The notes under the pieces were generated by a model. That model worked only from the letters and a program-made list of their open reading frames with translations, did not search any database and had not been told where the DNA came from. This document shows positions 12,139-25,193 of a stretch of DNA of 64,000 bases, piece after piece (position 1 is the first letter of the stretch; each line of letters begins with the position of its first letter). The position numbers and the translations under genes are program-made. This DNA is from Utricularia gibba (Eukaryota > Plantae > Magnoliophyta), in NCBI GenBank assembly GCA_002189035.1, contig NEEC01000019.1, positions 496,001 through 560,000 on the forward strand, read 5' to 3'.

Positions 12139-14353
12139 ATGATGAGTCAGAAACAAGCAGAGGAAGCTATTGTTCCGCTTCCCACCTTCAATGAAACCGA
12201 TAACGACGGGACCGGTGCCGGAAAGGATGAGGAAATGGACGCCGGCGGTTTTAGCGTTAAGAGCTTCCTCTGGCACGGCGGCTCTGCCTGGGATGCCTGG
12301 TTTAGCTGCGCTTCAAATCAAGTAAGATACTCAACTCTGTCTTTCCGGCATACATTTCCGTTTTCTCAACACCTTTGGAACTGATTTCAGGTTGCGCAAG
12401 TTCTGCTAACGCTGCCTTACTCCTTCTCTCAACTGGGTATGCTCTCTGGGATCATATTTCAAATATTCTACGGCCTAATCGGCAGCTGGACTGCGTATCT
12501 CATAAGCGTCCTCTACATCGAGTACCGAACCAGGAAGGAAAAAGAAGGCGTCAGCTTCAAGAACCACGTTATTCAGGTACCCGAATTCTCTGAACCAAAC
12601 CCCTCTACTTCCTCCGAAGAACACAATAGAATTTTGATTTCTCGGATTTTCAGTGGTTTGAAGTATTGGATGGATTACTGGGTCCTTACTGGAAAGCTGC
12701 GGGATTAGCATTCAACTGCACATTTCTCCTCTTCGGATCAGTCATCCAGCTTATAGCCTGCGCCAGGTATTCAATCCTTCGTCTCCTCCGAGCTCTTCCC
12801 AAAAACTCTAACTCTCTTCTTGGCAGTAACATCTACTACATCAACGATAATCTGGACAAGCGGACATGGACATACATCTTCGGAGCTTGCTGCGCGACGA
12901 CGGTGTTCATTCCTTCGTTCCATAACTACAGAATTTGGTCTTTCCTTGGCCTTGGAATGACCACTTATACTGCCTGGTATCTCACCATCGGCGCCCTTGT
13001 TCATGGCCAGGTCATCTTCCCCCTTCATCTTGAAGAATCCGCAGTACCTTTTTCGTCAAAGTTTAATGCTTTTTTTTACCTTTAGCAGGTAGAAAACGTC
13101 CAACACACCGGCCCCAGAACCCTTGTTCTTTACTTCACCGGCGCCACCAACATTCTCTACACCTTCGGTGGCCATGCCGTTACTGTGTAAGATACCCTCC
13201 CGTGTCCGTGTCCGTGTCCATTTAGGGTTTACGCGCTGATGGACTTTTGAATTTGTCTTATTATTTAAATGACAAAAACTAAATGCATATCCTTTTTCTA
13301 ATTCTGCTGCGTAATCAGGCAAGAAGAAAACAATTTTAATTATTTAAAATTTGTATATTAGCCGTTGGCTTTTGTGGCCGGCGTTTGCAGCTTTTGCCGG
13401 TGGCCCTCCCCGGCGAGTAAACATCGACAGAATCATAAAAGTCTTTTACTTTTCATCTGCTTTTGTTACCGCAGGTTCAGTGAAAAGGGGAAACTGATTC
13501 ATTGTTTATGTAATAATAGAAAAAATATTTATTGTTTTGCAGGGAAATAATGCACGCAATGTGGAAGCCTCGGAAGTTCAAGTGCATATACTTGATTGCC
13601 ACTGCGTATGTCTTCACGTTGACAATCCCGTCGGCCTCCGCCGTGTACTGGGCCTTCGGCGACCAGCTTTTGACGCATTCCAACGCCTTGGCGCTTCTAC
13701 CACGGACCGGTTGGCGCGACGCCGCCGTCATTCTTATGCTCATCCATCAGGTCCTTTCTTCCCCCATCATCTCCCTTTTTTCCCGGTTTCGTACTGATGA
13801 TTGACTGATGGTTCGTGTTCAGTTCATCACATTCGGATTCGCTTGCACGCCTCTGTATTTCGTGTGGGAGAAGGTGATCGGCGTCCACGACACCCGGAGC
13901 ATCTGTTTGCGGGCGGTGGCACGTCTCCCGGTCGTGATTCCGATTTGGTTCCTGGCCATCATCTTCCCCTTCTTCGGCCCGATCAATTCCGCCGTGGGAG
14001 CCCTTCTCGTTAGCTTCACAGTCTACATCATCCCATCAGTTGCCCACATGCTCACTTACCGCAAAGCCGTCGCTCGTCAGGTGAGACGTTCGATCCCCAC
14101 AGCATAATTATCACTTTGATCAAGCTGACCCTCGTTAACGTTTTCTGATCAGAACGCTGCCGAGAAGCCGCCCTTCTTCATGCCGAGCTGGGCTGCAATG
14201 TACGTGATAAACACGTTCATCGTGATCTGGGTGTTCGTCGTAGGGTTCGGGTTCGGGGGGTGGGCGAGCGTGACGAACTTCGTGAAGCAGATCGACACAT
14301 TCGGGCTGTTCGCCAAATGCTACCAGTGTAAATCTCCGCCTCCTCGCCATTGA
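12139..14353 (+). CDS. LAX: AUX1/LAX auxin influx carrier (AUX1/LAX1 clade N-terminus), 476 aa
   Basis: Exons 12139-12321, 12391-12576, 12654-12766, 12827-13010, 13089-13186, 13543-13750, 13823-14080 and 14153-14353 sum to 1431 nt with consistent phases, all GT-AG. Motifs WHGGSAWDAWFSCASNQVAQVLLTLPYSF, YFTGATNILYTFGGHAVTVEIMHAMWKP and DTFGLFAKCYQC. Confidence 0.97.
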
Positions 14354-16088
14354 TCTCCTTCACAACGACGGAAGGGAAGCATATTCTGCAGCTGCTGCAA
14401 GGCATTTTTCTATTTTTGTTGCCCAGTATCCATTTTTACATCATATTTGTATCCCGTTTCTCCTATTTTCTATGTAACACAAAGCAACGAACAAAAAAAA
14501 TTATTTTACTGCCAAATTAATTATATGATGAATTAATGCGACACATATTAATAACTAGTGGGGAAGATGATGATGGCGTTTCATGTGGGAATGAAAGCTG
14601 GCCAGCTTGTATTCCCTTCATTGAACGTTGACGGGGTTGCTTTATTTTTAGTTTCGTTAATCGGAATTAAAAATGGAATAAAACTTAAAATAAAGGGAGG
14701 CAATGGGCCTCTTCACATGGGATGTACGTTTGGTTGCCAGATTGAAACGTGTCCTTTTTAATTCATATCTTAAAAGTCGATTTTTTTTTTATTATCTTTT
14801 TGACCGGTCTGTGATTAGGATATGCTATCCTCTAATCAACTTAAAAAATATATATATTAAAAATAATTCGACTAAGCAAATTGATAAATATAAAACAAGT
14901 TCAAGAAGACAATTTTACTAATGATCGATTTTTATGATTTCATATTTTTAAGCAATATTTAAAAATAATTTGATTGGGTGGATTGGGTTTGGTAGTTTGA
15001 AGTGCCGTTGTTAAAGTTTAAGTTATCTATTTGGGATGAAAATTTGATTGGTTTAAGATCCTATTATTTATATTTAATTAGAAGAGTTTGTTTACTAATT
15101 TTTTTATTATTGTTTATGAAATGATTAAATTACTCTCATTTATTAAAAAAAGATAAATTGTTTTCAAATTCTGCTGTCAAGACTCGTGGGGGTTTGGAAG
15201 TAATATATTCTACAAAATGGAGATTTTTTTAAATATTGCCAGCATCCCGTTTTTGAAAATAATGTGTTTAAAGTAGGTGTTATCTTGTTGTAAGATTAAA
15301 TTGCTAGACCTATTTTCTTTTTTACATAATATTATCCATTTCGAATATTTAATTCTTATGGTTTTAAGCTCTTATCTTTCAAAAAAAAAAATCTAATGTA
15401 AGATTATAAGAGTTTCTTTATTTAAATACATTTTCTTTTCATATTCATAATAAATGAAATACCGTCACATGACCGCTAGCCTTATATTCGACCTCTTTAT
15501 GCGTTTTTAAAATCAGGAGTGTTGCACATAAAATTTGATAGATATCCATTTATGTTGACTTAAATTTGATAGATGACCATCCTCCAAAAACCATTTGGAG
15601 TCTAGTCATCGTTAATTTAGGTATTTAAAGAAAGTCAGTATTTATCAAAATACACTGACATCATTTTGATAAATACTGACTTTTTTAAATATTCTTTTTC
15701 GATATCAAATTAATTTTATTATTTTGTGTAACTATACATTATTACATTGAATGCTATGATGAATATTGTCTCTTTGGGTGCTGCTTATCACATATAAGCA
15801 ACTCACAAACCATCTTTGGCGTCAATTTGGACGTTGTTTGTGACAAACATTTTCATGTTTACCTAAATACCCCTTTTCCGTGTATTTAGGTCGAGTGGGT
15901 TTGTTTCCGAGGAAAATATATCGCGGAAAAATTAATGCTACCAAGCGTCATGGACAGAAGAGAGGAGTTGAAGAAATTTTCAGACCAGTTAGAGATATCT
16001 CAAAAGCAGTAGGATTCAAGCATGAAGAAGCAGTGCGATGACGCTACAATGGGTGCGGTTGCGTCAGAAGGAGATGAACCTGGAGCCT

Positions 16089-16420
16089 TCATCTCTTCTT
16101 AAACCCGTACTTCTTCCGTTCGTAAAAGAGATCAGTTTTAGCACTTCCCAAATTCACAATCTTGGGGCAGCCATCCCTGTCTTTTTCCAGCTGAGTGCAC
16201 TCTTTGCAGTAGTAGGCATCTGAGATCCCCACGCCCCCGCAGATGACGCAGCGCCCCTGGAAGGACCCGTAGTTGCATTCATCACATACCCTGACGAGAG
16301 TGCAGGGGCGGACATATGAATCACATATCACACATTTGCCATCGTCCTTCTCGCACAGCCTGCCAATGGCGATTCCAGGTTGCTTCCGGCACATGATCAA
16401 GTCGGGTGATGCTTCGCCAT
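16089..16420 (-). CDS. PHF5A: PHF5A (SF3b14b/Rds3 homologue), U2 snRNP SF3b subunit; one-base frameshift at codon 6 as assembled
   Basis: ATG at 16420 reads MAKHH, and the downstream frame reads [33 protein letters not shown]...[12 protein letters not shown]. The span is 332 nt versus 333 nt for the canonical 110 aa plus stop; the missing base maps to the C3 run (16404-16406). Confidence 0.95.
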
Positions 16421-16447
16421 TCTTACAGCAGCTGTTGCTCGATCCTA

Positions 16448-17388
16448 CTGCAACACATCAGAAATCTTCAAATTATTGCTCTATATGACAACATGGAGCA
16501 CCTTAAACTGAGGAAACAATGGCATCTATTAATAACGTAGATGCCATATCCCTACAACATAAACACCATCATATAATATAAACCAAAACAGAAAAACTCA
16601 AAAGAGGTTACTAGCAATCAAAAGTCAGCAAATTATCATTGGAACTGAATAGACCCTGAAATACATCTCTTTAGAATAACCAATACAGGTAACGGTAAAC
16701 TCTTTCAGGAGTGGGCATAGAAATCTTCAAGAGCAATCACAGCCCAAGGAATAGTGAGCACGTTCTCTGTCAGCTTATATCAAGTTGAGTTAACTAAACA
16801 AACTGTGATCTTTCCTCTTATAATGCAGTCTTAATATGTGAAGCTACAAAATAAGAGAACCCCAACAAAAACATTCGCAATATAAACTGAGGAATCAATG
16901 GAATCCAGAAACCACTTTACGGAAGTTGTTCAACACTTTGGTATCATTTTCAATAGCATAGCTAAATTACATAGCACAGAACAGTTATAGGAAACGAAAA
17001 GTAAACATAAAATAAAAAATTCGGAGAAAATTCTTAAAAAAAATTGCCGTTAAATCGCCAGAAGTAAATCCTAGGAAATGCTATACAAAGTTAAACAAAG
17101 GTGCAGACAGGGAGGCTCAGGCTCAATCAGAGAACATTCATCATGCTGACTAATATACCCAAAAAAATTTAGCAAAACTGGAAAGAAGAAGATTTAAGCA
17201 CAAAACAGTAACCACGAGTACAGCGGCGCCACAATCACACCTCAAAAAGTGAGAGGCGAAGAGGAAGGCTACGTTAGGAATAAGAAAACGACAAGTGGAG
17301 AGCAAATGTGATGACCGCAACCCCCCAAACTCTACGCAAACATCTAAACCCTAGACCCAAGAAAACGCAGAGAACAGCGAACACGAAC
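16448..17388 (-). other. Probable 5'-UTR intron of PHF5A (941 nt), with a telo-box AAACCCTA at 17346-17353
   Basis: Donor CAG|GTTCG at 17388; acceptor tgttgcag| at 16448 (CAGTAG tandem acceptor), 27 nt upstream of the ATG. Telo-boxes are typical of plant RNA-processing genes. Confidence 0.6.
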
Positions 17389-17782
17389 CTGCTAGTGCGC
17401 CACAAGAAACCCAATCACGTGCCCTAATTCCTAATCGATTTCACATCTCCGTTTAACTTACCCGGCCCGGCGCCAGTAAAGGGACTCCAAAACATGGTAA
17501 CTTAAAATAAGTTAAAATTAGCTATCTAATTGTCTCAGAATAATGTATTTTTCGAAAGTAATTTTGAAATTTAGTCATACTCATGCTTGTACATTTGTAA
17601 ATTAATTTTTAAGCTACATTTAATATTTTCAGTTATTATGTTTACTAATATTAAACCATATTATATTTTATTAATTAAAAATATTTATTTTCAACTATTA
17701 TTATAAAGTTCAACTATTTTTTAAAAATATTATATTTTTTTAAAAAATTATGATAAAAATTTATAATTGAACTTTCGAAATA

Positions 17783-17829
<47 letters not shown>

Positions 17830-17830
17830 T
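17783..17830. repeat. (AAT)n microsatellite directly followed by (ATT)n
   Basis: ataataataat...aataatattattattattatt read directly from the sequence. Confidence 0.8.
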
Positions 17831-19439
17831 TTCAAAAATTATATAAGTAAAGTTCACAATGTTTAAAATTTTGATAATGGTATAAGAATAAAATTGAATT
17901 TTTCAATATTTTTATAATATCAAAGTACTAAATGAATATTATAAATATTTTTAATAAAATATTATAAATCATTATTACAGATAATTCAAATTTAAAAATC
18001 ATGAAACAATAATACTAAAAAGTTGATTGATGGTCTTAATGTGAGTTGGGAACTTGGGATGGATGTAAACTAAGTGTCAACTAAATTTTGATGATTATGA
18101 AGCATTTGATAAGAAATATCTACTAATGTGAATCATAAGAATAAGAAGAGGTGATAATGTTTTCATATATGATAAATGTCTAAAGGTTGATGCAAGTTGA
18201 GGATGACATCTTCTTTTTGATTAAGTATCATCATGAATATGTATAGATACACTATTTACATTGGTATAATGATGGAGTTGATACGCATTTACATGAATTA
18301 GTTGAGATATTTCTGGATCTTATACATACATGATTTTTAAGATTGCATACATGTATTTGATGATCACATTTTTGTGAATGTTGAAAGTCAACTATACCCT
18401 TATATCTTGTAATCGTATTTAAATCAACTTGGTTTATAAATGAGATGAATCAGCTAAAATAATAAATAATATATCTCAATTTTTTTTATCTCATAAAGAT
18501 TAAACTTATATTGCATATGTATCAATCAATGTATAACTTTTTAAATACATGAATATCTTATCCTACATATACTTATATATTTAAATATTATATAATAAAA
18601 TCAATTATCTATAATTAAAAATATAAAATTACCCTTTATGTATAACAATATATATACATATGAAGTTTCTAAAGGGCAACTTACAACTAGAACTAAAAAA
18701 CAGGTCACCATATATACAGATTGAGAATGCGAAGCACTACAACTGAAACTCTTGGGCTTCGCCTTATTACATTACATGATATGCGGAGTATTCCCTCAGG
18801 TGTCGAATTCTACATTTTCATTTGTTATTTGTGATATCAAATATGAATGTGAAAATTGAATATATTCTTATTGCCATAATGTACACATTAAGATTCATAG
18901 AATCATACATTGTACAATAAATGAGAATGAGTTCTATATTTACATATTTGCCATAATGTTTTATTATACAAAATCATTCACCTGTTATCTCTATACCATT
19001 CATCATACATATTTTTTACATATGATTTTTCTATATTGTTCTAAGTATTCGTGTTGTTTTTTAAAAATAAACTACACATAAATATGTATTTAGTAATTGT
19101 TTTCACTATTTGTATTGGAACGTAATAACAGATATTACATAAAACATGATACATTCTATATGGCTAAACGAGTGACAAGATTTATAGCTGAAAAAATGAA
19201 CTACGTATAAATATTGATATGAAATTATATAAAAGTATAGTAAGAAGGTTACTTTACCTATCTCATACGTGATTAGATATCGATGATGTTATAAAGAAAA
19301 CTCATACATTGGGAACATTTTTCTTTGCAGACCTGGATCTAAACAATAAACTAGTGTTGTACACCTATTTAAGCATTGATTATGTCATATCTAAAAATGC
19401 TTAGAGTACATCTAGATTCATATGCTACTTGCATTCCTC

Positions 19440-20100
19440 TCCATTCTCTTGGTGCAACAAAAACAAAGTATCATTGTTCATTCTACCACAGAGGCCGAGT
19501 TCATTACATCAAATTTTGCTTTTAACCACACAATATGGTTGAGCAAACTTTTTAGATTTAAACCTTGAACAAAAAGGCTATACCCTTCTGATTATTGATA
19601 ACAAGACTGTTATTGCTGTGGCAAAGGACCCTACACACCTCGAGAAGCAAAACATATAAAAATGAGATTGTACGCTCTCATAAATATTGTGAAAAAGAAG
19701 ATATTATAGTTGAAATATGTGAGTTTAGAAAATTAGCTCGTTGATATTCTTACTAAGGCATAGGAGAGAAATTAGTATGAAAAGAACAAATATAATATTA
19801 GAATGAAAAATCTAGTAGATTTTAAAGCACTCACCAGATCTAGTGTTGAAAGGGATGAGAAATAAGAGATAATAGAAGATGAAGTGATGTGTAAGAAGAA
19901 AGTTTGTAGCATGTGAACGGACATGGATTGCTTAAAAGAGAGAGAAATTTTAAAATATCAGTATTAATAAGTACAAAGAAAAATTTGGGTTTTGGACTCT
20001 CGTGTTAAATTAACTTAAGTTTTAAGTCTCTTCTATTGGTTTTATATGTGGTGTCATTTTATTGAGTTTCTTATCTTTTTTTACAGTTATTTTTCATCAA
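19440..20100 (+). mobile_element. Ty1/Copia RNase H remnant, possibly followed by a decayed 3' LTR
   Basis: Frameshifted translation SWC..KQSIV.HSTTEAEFI...WL...IDNKTVIAVAKDP..H.R.KHIKMR...LVDILTKA at ~19445-19765. A TGTTG start at ~19845 may be the LTR. Confidence 0.75.
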
Positions 20101-21508
20101 TCACGAGTATTTTTGTAATGATATGCTATGATATTTGATAATAACTATGATGTTTTGCTTCGTAGAAGAGCTGAAGGGTATTAGGAGATTCCCATATCAA
20201 TTATGAATGAGAGAATATGATGAGATTGAGTAGAATAATCATACAAATCTCATTTATCTCATCACATTGGAAGGAAAGAAAGTAAAATAATGAGGATTGA
20301 TTATCTGAACCAAACAATATTGTGCAATATGAGTATGAATCCATTATACTATTTTTCTGCAAAAGTTGCACATATCTCATTTATCTCATCACACTATGTC
20401 GAATCAAATGTGAATGTGTGTGTGTGTGTGTGCTTTTTTTTTTTTTTTACTTTTGATTAAACCAATGAAAATTGTATCATGTTTATTTAGAATATTTTTA
20501 TCACATGTGTTATACTTCATTATGATATATATTATTCATTCTCGAATTTTTAATTTCAATTATAAGGTAATATTAATGGTATTGCAAATAATTGAATTAG
20601 ATACTATTGATAAAAAATTATATTATATTATTAATAATATACAAGATCATTAGTGCCGCCTTGCATATCAGAGGTGACCCGCACCATTGTTGATGGTGCT
20701 TCGGGTGTGCACCATGAGGTGGTGCAAGGTACCATTGATGATGGTGTCGTATTGCTTGTGTCCATACTCTTTCTCCTATATATAAGTTCTATCTTCATAA
20801 ATTTTGACAGCCAAATTTTTTGATTGCAAGGGTGCGTTTGACTAAATTGGTTGAGTAGAGTTTAATTTGGAGAAAAAATTAGTAATTTTTTTTTTCTGTA
20901 AATTTTTTTGGTTATTTAAATTTTTTGTACTATTGTTAAGACCTTTAATTATAATGCGTCATAAATAATAACGTGTGAAAAATAAACACTATCACTAAAT
21001 TCAATTATATTTAAGACATTATTATTAATGAAATATCATGTTAGTTTTTCAACTTTTTTTATTGTTTGATTAATTATTTTGTTTATTAATTTGTTATATT
21101 TTTTTCTTGTTTCATATATGATACTTACAAATTTATTTTTAGCTTTTCTATATATTGACATAACATTTTTTGTATCAATAATATATTTTTATTATTTTTT
21201 TGTGTTGACTAATATATTTTATTTATTAATTTATTATATTCTTTTTTAGATATGTAATATTTATTAATTTATTGATAATTTTTCTGTAGATTGACATGTA
21301 CTCACGTCTAAGAATTCATGATCTTAAGGATCTGCGTCTATTGGATGTGTAACTGTAGAATATTACTTATGGCCTGTTATAGAGATCACACTATAAAATG
21401 ATGTAGTTCAAACACATCTACAAATTATTAGCATGTAGATCGTGGGAGTAAAGTATTGCAAGACATCTTGATCATTGGGATTTTTATAGGATTATGAAGA
21501 TATTACAA

Positions 21509-22460
21509 ATGGAACCAAACCCGAATCTACTTACAGCTCTTGCAGAGAGATGACGTCCAAAGATACATACTTTATTCTACCATGCGGAGAGGCCATCATC
21601 ACCCTTCAAGATATTTCCATACTATGGGGTCATCATATTGATGGTACATCGATAGTTCGTGCTTGCACATAACCCACAACTTAGCAATAGCGTGAGCTAT
21701 GTGTCGAACAATTTGGATAGGAGCCCAAGGAGACCTTCATTTATTGTTAGTTTTTATGAAGTATTTTTTTTTCTAAGATGCTACCAGTAACCATGGCAAG
21801 TTGAGTATCCTAGATTGGATGGTAGATCAAGATTGTTGGATGACCACTAGTTGGGGGATAGGTGTTCTAGCGAATTTGTATCTCGAGCTTGATTTATGTG
21901 CACTTTGGCGCATTACAATGGATGGTGCTCATCGTCTTTTTCAAGTTACTTTATGTGCTTCCTTTGCTAGTATTATATACATTAAAATTTATTATGTTAC
22001 AATGTTTTTTATGTAGCTTTGAGCATATATTCGGATATCATCTTTACGTCATACACTGAAGTGTAATTTCCAACACGATGTATACTGGGAGGGCGAGGGG
22101 TTTAAACCGTTCGTGTATGGTTAGAGGTTCAAAGGTTGACTTAACCACTCAAATGTGGTCTCCAACAAGTTAGAACCAATCTGTGTCATACTTTATTTGG
22201 TTTATGAAGATGAAAAGGTACATTGTTATCATATAAATATATTTTCATTTGAATCGTACATATTGACATCATACATATTTTATTATTTGTTGGACAGTTT
22301 AAGTGGACTCCTTACAAAGATATACATTTATTGTGTGTTCCTGAATGTGATCATGCTTTGGTAGTACGCCGGTCCGATGATATATGCATCTCGGGTGGAG
22401 CCTCATTGCCCTGATCAAGTTTCTCGACAGTTTGGATGTAGTCGTATTGTTCCATCCCTT
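21509..22460 (+). pseudogene. Plant Mobile Domain (PMD; MAIN/MAIL-like) gene remnant inside the MULE
   Basis: LLTALAER*RPKIHT(fs)LPCGEAIITLQDISILWGHHIDG at 21525-21650 (consensus LITALVERWRPETHTFHLPxGExTITLQDV); SWGIGVLANLYLEL at ~21850-21890; VEPHCPDQVSRQFG at ~22396-22437. Confidence 0.85.
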
Positions 22461-25193
22461 CCATATTGATATCCTTCAAAACATAAGTTCACCAGAGACT
22501 TTTACGATACTGATTAGACATTGGAGAATGCTGCATGTATAGTTTTGTGGGCATCTAGGCACATTCACATTCTCCAGCTACATGAGATCCCTATAGTGTC
22601 TGAGGCATCGTACATGGCATCGTATATGCCGCATGCGCCGTTGTATTTTGGAAGAAGATATTGAGAGAAGGGTGATAGATATTGAGGTGGAGATGCAGAG
22701 CCAATAGCTTATACGATTAAATGACTCTTTATGTAAATATGGGTCAGATCGTCTAAATTAACTTTTGATATCTTGTTTTTTCTCATGTCCCATAGCTAGA
22801 CAAATTTCGTGGTGGGAATAAAAAAGCAACGTGGGCATATGAGGGTCTGAACTAGAAGCTTTGATGGAGCCAGTTGCTCGTGCTGCAGCAATCACCGCTA
22901 CCTAGTGAGACTTATCCATATTTGGGAACTGATGATGACCCTGCACAAGTTCACATGGACCAAACATATGAGGATTTCAATTTAGAGATATTTCAACAGG
23001 ATATGACCCTAACGAGCCAACCATCAATATGCGAGACTCATTCTTCCTATGTGCGACTGCCACTCTTGACTATTACTTTATCATATCCTTGTTGCCTTCC
23101 TTACCCAGAGTTCATGATGCCCCACATAGGATTGAGCCAGTATAGTGTTGAGAGGGGACATGCATATTGAAGATTCCCATTTCCATCACCATATAATGGT
23201 CCACATGATGCGATCCATCTGTTATCATGACGACAATGTAGGCATGGGTAAATGAAACCACCATTCCAATGATTATATGTAGATGTGTTTTATCGTAGTA
23301 AAATGTGATGTAAATCATTATTTAGTAAGCTACTTTTACGAAAACAGTTTGAAAACAATTATATACAAAATATCAAAAATAAATAAGTTCTATAGCAATT
23401 AATCAAAGTTGTTCAAATTAGAAAATATTGAATTCATCAGACTATTCTATTGGTGATGGATATACTCTCCAATCCATCTCCTTGTGTATTCTTGTGCGAT
23501 GCTATCGACCAACAATAGTCCGACTGTGTGCAAGATTATGGTATAGGGTCCAGCCTAGGTAGAGGACATAAGTATCAGAATCAAGAGGTCTGAAAATCTC
23601 TTCACTCTATGTTTATAGCAGAGCATGCAATATATCGAGACTAATCATGAGATCGTCAGCACTTATCTTTACATTTTTACAAGTAGAATATCATGAGAGC
23701 ACGGAACATCATACTTAGTCCACCTTCCACAACTACAAGTTTGATCACAAAGCATCACTTTGTAGAGATAAGATCTCTCTTTCCCATGGTTGATGACTTC
23801 AATCTTAAATGACATATTCGCAATCTTGAATTGATACACCTTGTGTGTCTTGACTCATTCTCGTGTTCTATCCCAAAAATGTTTTTCCTCCTCTGAGAGA
23901 GCCTGTGTATACATAAAGTAAAATAATGAAACATTAAAAACATCCAAGATTAGGTAACATCAATATTGTACCTGATGGTTTTATGTCATTGAGGTGATCT
24001 CTTATTTACTCTCATGGAGGATGATAGCCAACATGTACAACATAGTCTCAACAATTGTATCTGAGGTAAGTTGACGACAAACCTTGAAAATATTGTTCAT
24101 GATTTCCATTGCATTAGAAGTAATATTCTCATAACGTATACTTAAATCATATGAGAGTGTCTGTTTATCAAATGGACCATTTTTCGGCTCAAAGAGCCAT
24201 GCATAAGCCATCAAATTTTTCTTTTGAATCCTTTCGAGGTACATCATCAACTTTTTTGGATCATAGTTCGATCCAACATTGTAAGTCATTTGCTTAAGTA
24301 TTTTTTTTCCAAACTTCTTGTTGAAGTTGGAAACATATTGACGCAAATACCAAAAGTGGGCTAGACGACCTTCTTGAAATCTGGCATAATTCCTCACAAC
24401 TACAAGCATGCCTCTAGCTCTGTCTGAGATTATGCTAGCCTGACCTTGACAAAAAAAAGTGCTCGGGTAGCAAATCTATAAACCAGAGGTATTCATCCCT
24501 ACTCTCCTCATTGAAAACTGCATGGGTTAGTGGTAGGATGTGACCACCTCGATCCTTGATAGTGGCCACAGCCAATTTCTGGTCATAACATCCATATAAA
24601 AAGGTGGCATCAACCGTAACAACAGACCTCCAAAACTTGAATGCTCAAATAAAGGGATTATAGGGTCAAAAAACATAATGCATGATTTTAAGGTCATCTC
24701 CTACAATAGTGAGAAAACAATCCCATGAGACCACTATCCTGGTATTGGCCTACATGATTGCCACAAATAATGTAGGTAGCTTTTGCATCAATGATTCCCA
24801 TGTTCTATAAATCAACTCAAAAACAAGTTGAGCACTGTATCATACACGTTCATAAATAATCTTTTCATGATATTTTTCAAAAATATATTTTCAAGCATCT
24901 ACAACTCTAATTTAGACAACAAAGAAAAGTTATTAAAAATGTAAACTATATAAAGAAATTTAAGAAATATTTAAACTACACCTCCTCTTCTATGTGCAGT
25001 ATACATAAGCTCATATCCAATGAATAAATCATAAAGGTTGCGATGTTGCGCTCCATCCATGTATGTCTTATAGGTATGTGGAAAGTCACAGATTGATACT
25101 TGACAAACTCCATCACGTGTAGATTGCATAATGATGAACGGAAATTCCTATTATCGTTGCAATAAAAATAGAATTCTGTATCAAATAAATTTG

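Noticed and set aside
17115-17150. C-box ATGATGA with downstream CTGA in the PHF5A UTR intron
   Set aside because: The boxes are only ~30 nt apart with no terminal stem, too short for a C/D snoRNA.
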